Assembly: GCA_963750165.1 (NCBI GenBank)
Contig: CAVVPN010000012.1
Coordinates: 224,001-288,000 of the forward strand
Source: an uncultured Gemmataceae bacterium
GTDB lineage: Bacteria > Planctomycetota > Planctomycetia > Gemmatales > Gemmataceae
Direction of reading: 5' to 3'
DNA length: 64,000 bases
Shown: positions 58,416 to 64,000 of the stretch, piece by piece
How positions within the stretch are numbered: the stretch's first letter is position 1
Layout of the letters: each line of letters opens with the position of its first letter
Program-made: the position numbers and the translations under genes
The notes under the pieces: model-generated
What the model was told of the DNA's origin: nothing
The model's database searches: none
Seen by the model: only the letters and a program-made list of their open reading frames with translations

Positions 58416-58582
58416 GAATCGTGCGTCCTTCAGTTCAGCGGGTAGTCGATCAGTGCATCCACTCCTTCATCGACCGCGGCCGCCGTGGGGCTGCACGTTC
58501 AGTCCGGGACGCCGGAAGATTGGCCGTCGGCGTCTGCGCGGCGTAACGATAACAACGATCCACCGACCCCGGAGCACGTGTC

Positions 58583-60120
58583 ATGCAACTCGAATTCACC
58601 CCCGCCGCCAGCCGCGCCCTGGAGGCCGCCCAGGCGTTCGCGGCCCTGGCCAACGCGGTCGAGGTCCAGGCCGAGCACCTGCTGCAGGCGCTGGTGCGCG
58701 ACGATGAGGAGCAGCCCGCCGTGCTGCTGATGCGCGCTGGCCTCGACCTGGAGCGCTACCGCCGGCCGCTCGACACCGCGCCGCCGACAGCGGTGCCGCT
58801 GCCGCACGGGACCGCCGTGCGCCTCATCCTGGGCGAAGCGCGGCGGCTGTCGCGCGAACTGTCGGCGGAGGGCACCGTCACCAGCGATCAGGTGCTGCTG
58901 GCCCTGCTGCGTCAAGCTCGCAGCCTGCGCGAGCGGCTGACCGAGCTGGGGCTGCGCTGGGAGGCGCTGGTGGTGGCCGTGCAGGGCGAAGCGGGGCCGC
59001 CGCTCCAACTCGACGAGCCGCTCGACCTGCGGCCGGCAGCGGAACAGCTGGACACGGCCCGCATCCTGGACGCCGCCGCCAACCGGGCGCGCGAGGCCCT
59101 GCGCGTTGTGGAGGACTACTGCCGATTCGTGCTCAACGACGCCGTGCTCAGCGGCGAATTGAAAACGCTGCGGCACCAGCTGGCGGCCCTGCTGGCCGAG
59201 TTGCCGCCCGCGCAACTGCTGGAAGCGCGCGACACGCTGGGCGACGTGGGCACCGGCATCTCCACACCGCAGGAGCAGGAGCGGGCATCGCTGACCGACG
59301 TGGTGCGGGCAAACCTGAAACGGCTGCAGGAAGCGCTGCGCAGCCTGGAGGAGTTCGGTAAGTTGCACAGCCCCGAACTGGGGCAGGGGCTGGAGCAGTT
59401 GCGCTACCGCTCCTACACGCTGGAGCGGGCGCTGCTGCTCGGTGCGGAGGCGCGGGCGCGGTTGCAGGACGCCCGGTTGTACGTGCTGGTGACGGGGGCG
59501 CTGTGTACGCTGGGGCTGCGGCAAACGGTCCAGGCGGCAGTGGACGGCGGCGCCGACATCATTCAGTTGCGCGAAAAGCACCTCAGCGACCGGGCGTTGC
59601 TGGAGCGGGCCTACGAGGTGCGGCAGTGGACGCGGCAGGCAGGCGTGCTGTTCATCGTGAACGACCGGCCGGACATTGCCCGGCTGGTCGAGGCGGACGG
59701 CGTGCATCTGGGACAGGACGAGTTACCGGTGCGGGAAGCGCGGCGCATCCTCGGGCCGGGGCGCTGGTCGGCGTCAGCACGCACAACCCGGAGCAGGTGC
59801 GGCAGGCGGTGCTGGAGGGGGCGAGCTACCTCGGCGTGGGGCCGACGTTTCCGTCCGGCACCAAGGAGTTCGCCGACTTCGCGGGGCTGGAGTTCGTGCG
59901 TCAGGCGGTGGCGGAGACGACGCTGCCGGCGTTCGTGGTCGGCGGCGTTCACCTGGGCAACGTCGGCGCGGTGCTGGCGGCCGGCGGGCAGCGCGTGGCG
60001 GTGTGCCAGGCGGTGTGCCGCAGCGACGCGCCCGAGGCGGTGGCGGCGGAGCTGAAGGCGCAGCTGTGCCAGAACGACCAGGACACCTGGCAAGCCGGGG
60101 CACCGGGCGGCAACGGCTGA
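58583..60120 (+). CDS. thiE: thiamine-phosphate synthase with Clp-N and ThiD2-like domains, frameshift near 59760
   Basis: FTPAASRALEAA..EHLLQAL; RILDAAANRAREALRVVED; QLREK, IVNDRPD, GVHLGQDEL; other frame GVSTHN, GPTFPSGTK, VGGV. Confidence 0.9.
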
Positions 60121-60123
60121 CAG

Positions 60124-60179
60124 AGCAAGGGGGCCAAGGGGGCCAAGGGGGCCAACTTTTTCACACGTCGAGATTCGGC
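60124..60179 (+). repeat. dispersed 56-bp repeat, copy 2
   Basis: Matches 2838-2893. Confidence 0.9.
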
Positions 60180-60310
60180 CCCCTGGGGAAACGGTAGGGG
60201 AATGGTACTTTTTTGGGCAAATCGTGTCCTCATTTTGGGCGCCTTTGCGATTTCAGGGTAAGGAACGCCCCGATTTACCACGCCGCCCCTCCGGTTGAAA
60301 GGAATGGCCC

Positions 60311-63300
60311 ATGCTCAAACAAGACGAAGGCTCCCTGATCGGCGCCTGGCCCGCCCTTGCCTCCTTGATCGTGGTCGTGGTCGGGTTGATCGCTTCCCAC
60401 CAGGCCCTGGTGAGCCCGCGGCCGCCGACCGACGGCAGCGACAACATCTCGGGAGCACAAGGTGAAAGTGTGCCGGCCCGCCTCTGGCAGGATCCCCTGG
60501 GAACCGTCCTGCGCGACGCCAGGCCCAGCAACGGAATCAAAACCCTCATTCAGGCCAGGCCCCAGGGCTGCGACTGCGACAAGAAAGTGCTGTTTCTGTT
60601 GAACCTCATTAGCGCGGACGGCGATCTCGACGCCGCAGAGGCACGCCGCCGGGAACGCTACGACATCTTTTCCGCCCTCAACACCGCCGGCTACGTGCCG
60701 ACCGAACCCAATCGCCTTCGTTACATGCACTGGTCAGCGTGTTCCGTCGCGACGGGCATCACGAACGGCGAACCGGACGCAGGCCGGCAAAAGGGCGTTC
60801 CCATCCCCTACGAATGGGTGAAGCCGTGCCACGACGCCAAACTCAACCAACACTACCAGTCGGTTTGCGTCCTCTGGGTCAGTCCATCGACGGACGGCAC
60901 ACCCCAGTTCAGTTACCTCAAAAAACTGGCGAACGCCTTGCAAATGGAGTTGACCAATGGCAAGAGCCATAAGGACCATCCGGTCTGTGAGGTTGCCGTC
61001 AACGGCCAGATCAGTTCCGAGCAACTGGATGCCTTGCTCCAGGAAGAATGCCCCCCGATCGGCCCCGCCATGACCCTGTACGTCACCTGTGCGACGGCCA
61101 ACAAGGTCCGGGATAATTCAGTCAAAGTTCGGGGGCTGAAGGTCGAGTACATCATCGACACGGACAGTCGGCTGGGGGAGAAGTTGCAGGAGGAACTGGG
61201 GTATCGAGGCATTTACCTGGGATCGACAGCGACGCCGGTCGCCATCGTCGCGGAATGGGACACCGAGTACGGCAGGTACATGCACAAATGGCTCTTCGGG
61301 GAAGAAACCAGCAAGAAGCTGAAACAATACTCCTACCTGCGCGGGCTGGACGGTAAGACGCAAGAGCGAGCTGGGAAAAGCAAGGCTGGTGCCGCCGCCG
61401 AGCCCGACAGCGCGGCGAACAACGGGCTCAAACCGGCCTCCGACAAGCCCACCGCGAAACTGGGTGTGGGGCAACAGCAGTTCGACTACCTCCTCCGGCT
61501 GGCGGAGCGGATGAAGCTGGAACAGCGCGAATTGGGAGGCCGGTTCCATGCCATCGGCATCCTCGGCAACGACGTGTACGACAAAATCCTGCTTCTGCAA
61601 GCGCTCCGCCCGCACTTTCCGGATGCCGTCTTCTTCACCACCGACCTGGACGCCCGGCTCATCCAGCCGGGGGATTACGCGACCACCCGCAACCTGTTGA
61701 TCGCTTCCCATTACGGCCTGTCCTTGAATGCGGATTTGCAGGCACAGTCGCCGCCGTTCCGCAGCAGTTACGACACCGCCAGTTACCTCGGCTGTCTGCG
61801 CGCGGTTCAGTATTCGGAGTTACAACCGTTGGTGAAACTGCTGAGCCCCGACGAGCAAAAACGGCTCTTTGGGAAACCCAGCAATGGCAGCTTGCTTGTC
61901 CCGAAGGATAAAACCGGCATGCCGATCTACCTTTACGAGGTGGGCCGCCACGGCGCGTACGAACTGAGCCTCCGAGAGAAGGACGACATCGGGCCGAAGA
62001 ACCCCCGCAACGAACCCTGGGTCACCCTGCACCACCGACCGTGGTTGCTGGCGGGCATGTTTCTGGCGATTGGCATTTTTTTGATGTGCGTTTCCCGGCC
62101 CTGGCGCGAGTTCATCTTGTGGCCCTGGCGCAAATACGTGGCGGCGCGGCGGAAGCGATTCCAGTGGGCCGAGGAACCTGCGGCGAAACCGGACGACGCC
62201 GAGGAGGATGACGAGAATTTTCCGCACATTCCAGTCAAGGTGTGGGTCGGAGTGGTCCTGTTCCTGCTGGCGTTGGGGCTCATCATGCTCCACGCGCACA
62301 CGACCGAACACGAGGAGCCGTTCGAGTGGTTTGAGGGTCTGAGCGTCTGGCCCACGGTGCTCTTCCGCCTGCTGGCGGTCGGCCTTTGCCTCTACTACCT
62401 GCACGACATCCTGAGGTCGATCGACAAGCGGAACCATGACGTTTGGAAGGCGTTCCCGTGCCTCGACCCCCAGCACGCTCACTCCCTGACGCCCCGGACG
62501 GCGGAGGAGGCGAAGACCGTTAGCGAACTGTATCTGCATTTCTTACAGCGCGGGTCGCGCGGGCGGCGCTTGTGGCGCACCGCCGGGTTCGCCGCTCTCA
62601 CCCTGGGGCTGTTCCTGTTGTTCTGGTTGGCCTTTGAACCCAGCGTCATGCAGGCCCGGGGCCTGATCGCGCGGTGCGCGTATTTCCTGGTCCTGGGCGC
62701 GACGCTCGGCGCCTCGGCCACGCTGTTCATGTTCGTCGTGGACGCCACGCTGCTGTCGTATCGGCTCGTGGTCGCCCTGGCGCGGATGACCTCCAGGCAA
62801 TGGCCCGAGGATCAGCTCGAGCATGAGGCGAAACGACGGGGCCTGCAGCGCTCCGACAAAACGGATGAGGCGGTCGGCAAGTGGCTGTCGGTCAGCCTGA
62901 TCAAGTCGTTCACGTTTCTGATCGCCGGGCAGTTAATCTACTGTCCGTTTGTGGTCCTTCTGGTGCTCGTCGTGGCTCAGAACCGCATTTTCGACAACTG
63001 GAATCTGAATCCGGTCCTGTTTCTGACGGTGCTCGTCTACGCCGTGGCCATTGTCTCGTGCGCGCTGATGCTGCAACAGGCGGCGCAGCGCGTCCGCAAA
63101 CGGGCGCTGGACGCGCTGGACGAGATTCTGGAAGATCGATCCGATCCTGTGGTGAACACCGGGCGGGAGAAACTCGAACGGATTCGATCGGACATCGACG
63201 GCGTGAAAAATGGCGCGTTCGCTGGCCTTTACGACAACCCGCTGGTCCGGGCCGTCCTGGTGCCCCTGGTCGGTGGCGGCGGCCTGGCCGCACTGGAAGC

Positions 63301-63331
63301 CCTGCTCACCCTGCTTGCGCGCCGTTCGTGA
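60311..63331 (+). CDS. large hypothetical membrane protein: N-terminal TM, about 550-aa extracytoplasmic alpha/beta domain, about 8 C-terminal TMs
   Basis: 1006-aa ORF with AAAGGA RBS; hydrophobicity pattern read from the translation. Confidence 0.85.
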   Translation: MLKQDEGSLIGAWPALASLIVVVVGLIASHQALVSPRPPTDGSDNISGAQGESVPARLWQDPLGTVLRDARPSNGIKTLIQARPQGCDCDKKVLFLLNLISADGDLDAAEARRRERYDIFSALNTAGYVPTEPNRLRYMHWSACSVATGITNGEPDAGRQKGVPIPYEWVKPCHDAKLNQHYQSVCVLWVSPSTDGTPQFSYLKKLANALQMELTNGKSHKDHPVCEVAVNGQISSEQLDALLQEECPPIGPAMTLYVTCATANKVRDNSVKVRGLKVEYIIDTDSRLGEKLQEELGYRGIYLGSTATPVAIVAEWDTEYGRYMHKWLFGEETSKKLKQYSYLRGLDGKTQERAGKSKAGAAAEPDSAANNGLKPASDKPTAKLGVGQQQFDYLLRLAERMKLEQRELGGRFHAIGILGNDVYDKILLLQALRPHFPDAVFFTTDLDARLIQPGDYATTRNLLIASHYGLSLNADLQAQSPPFRSSYDTASYLGCLRAVQYSELQPLVKLLSPDEQKRLFGKPSNGSLLVPKDKTGMPIYLYEVGRHGAYELSLREKDDIGPKNPRNEPWVTLHHRPWLLAGMFLAIGIFLMCVSRPWREFILWPWRKYVAARRKRFQWAEEPAAKPDDAEEDDENFPHIPVKVWVGVVLFLLALGLIMLHAHTTEHEEPFEWFEGLSVWPTVLFRLLAVGLCLYYLHDILRSIDKRNHDVWKAFPCLDPQHAHSLTPRTAEEAKTVSELYLHFLQRGSRGRRLWRTAGFAALTLGLFLLFWLAFEPSVMQARGLIARCAYFLVLGATLGASATLFMFVVDATLLSYRLVVALARMTSRQWPEDQLEHEAKRRGLQRSDKTDEAVGKWLSVSLIKSFTFLIAGQLIYCPFVVLLVLVVAQNRIFDNWNLNPVLFLTVLVYAVAIVSCALMLQQAAQRVRKRALDALDEILEDRSDPVVNTGREKLERIRSDIDGVKNGAFAGLYDNPLVRAVLVPLVGGGGLAALEALLTLLARRS

Positions 63332-63343
63332 GCGCCGGCGGCG

Positions 63344-64000
63344 TCAATCCACGCTGCTCAGGTCCGCCGGCTGGCCATCGTTCCGACTGCACAGGCGCTG
63401 CCAGGCGATGGGGCTGATGTCGTAATTGATCGCGTGCACGGAGCCGTCACAGAACACCACCGTGCAGGTGCGGTGAATGGAACCGAACGTCCAACCGCAG
63501 TCGTCGATGCCATTGAAGCCGAAGCGAAAGGGCGGCACCGCCGGACCGGCAGCGTCGTTCCTGCCGTTGGCGTAACCGATGGTGTCGTTGTCCCAGCCGT
63601 CCACGAAGCCCTGGTCGTCGTTGCAGGCCGGTGCGGTGCCGGCGATGGCGCTGCCGTTGAGGTACTTTTCGCCCACCAGCAGCGTGTTCGTGGTGCCGTC
63701 GCGGATGTCCGTGAGCCGCACCCGCTGACCGCTCGCCGCCGTGGACGGCACCAGGGGGCCGTCCAGGCTGTTCAGCGGCGGGGTCAACGTCCACCAGACG
63801 CCGTAAGTGCCGCCGTTGCCGATGTAGTCGATCTGGGCCCGCGGTGAACCGTCGGCGCCCACCTGGCTGTACGCAAACCGCGTGGGACCGCGAACCGACG
63901 GGCAAAAGTACAGCGCGATGGCGGTGCCGGCCACCAGGTCGTCGTTGAGGTTGGCCCAGAGGATTTCCTGATCGATGAAGGGCAACAGCTGGTAGCCCCA
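63344..64000 (-). CDS. DUF1559 (planctomycete prepilin-like) protein, 5' part outside the window
   Basis: LPFIDQ, YFCPS, DIRDGTTNTLLVGEK, FGSIH..TVVFCDGSV. Confidence 0.92.
   Translation of the reverse strand, partial: WGYQLLPFIDQEILWANLNDDLVAGTAIALYFCPSVRGPTRFAYSQVGADGSPRAQIDYIGNGGTYGVWWTLTPPLNSLDGPLVPSTAASGQRVRLTDIRDGTTNTLLVGEKYLNGSAIAGTAPACNDDQGFVDGWDNDTIGYANGRNDAAGPAVPPFRFGFNGIDDCGWTFGSIHRTCTVVFCDGSVHAINYDISPIAWQRLCSRNDGQPADLSSVD

Overview
GC-rich bacterial chromosomal segment, very probably from a planctomycete (Gemmataceae-like, inferred from DUF1559, DUF1080, Uma2, several Ser/Thr kinases and Clp-N/ThiD2-fused ThiE). Core genes: nusA-infB-DUF503-rbfA-Nth-like-TPR-yebC cluster, mtaB, csrA, tRNA-Pro(TGG), orphan parB, polX, a divergent topo IV-like pair split by a Uma2 nuclease, thiE and a UbiA-family prenyltransferase. 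Accessory genes cover glycan synthesis, transport, signalling and toxin-antitoxin functions. Main non-obvious signals: a c-di-AMP (ydaO-type) riboswitch before an APC/USP permease; a parS-like site upstream of parB; a sigma-54-type promoter before csrA; many palindromic repeats, three inserted in frame inside proteins; a nested double glycosyltransferase; a CAP-like domain inside a beta-propeller; kinase-REC-HD-GYP and kinase-pseudokinase fusions; a stand-alone PolX N-terminal domain; an uncharacterised TA-like pair; and a 1006-aa multi-TM receptor-like protein. Five single-base frameshifts, one in infB, are most likely sequencing or assembly errors. No CRISPR array, rRNA, transposase or integrase was recognised. 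All family assignments come from motif recognition by eye, not database searches.
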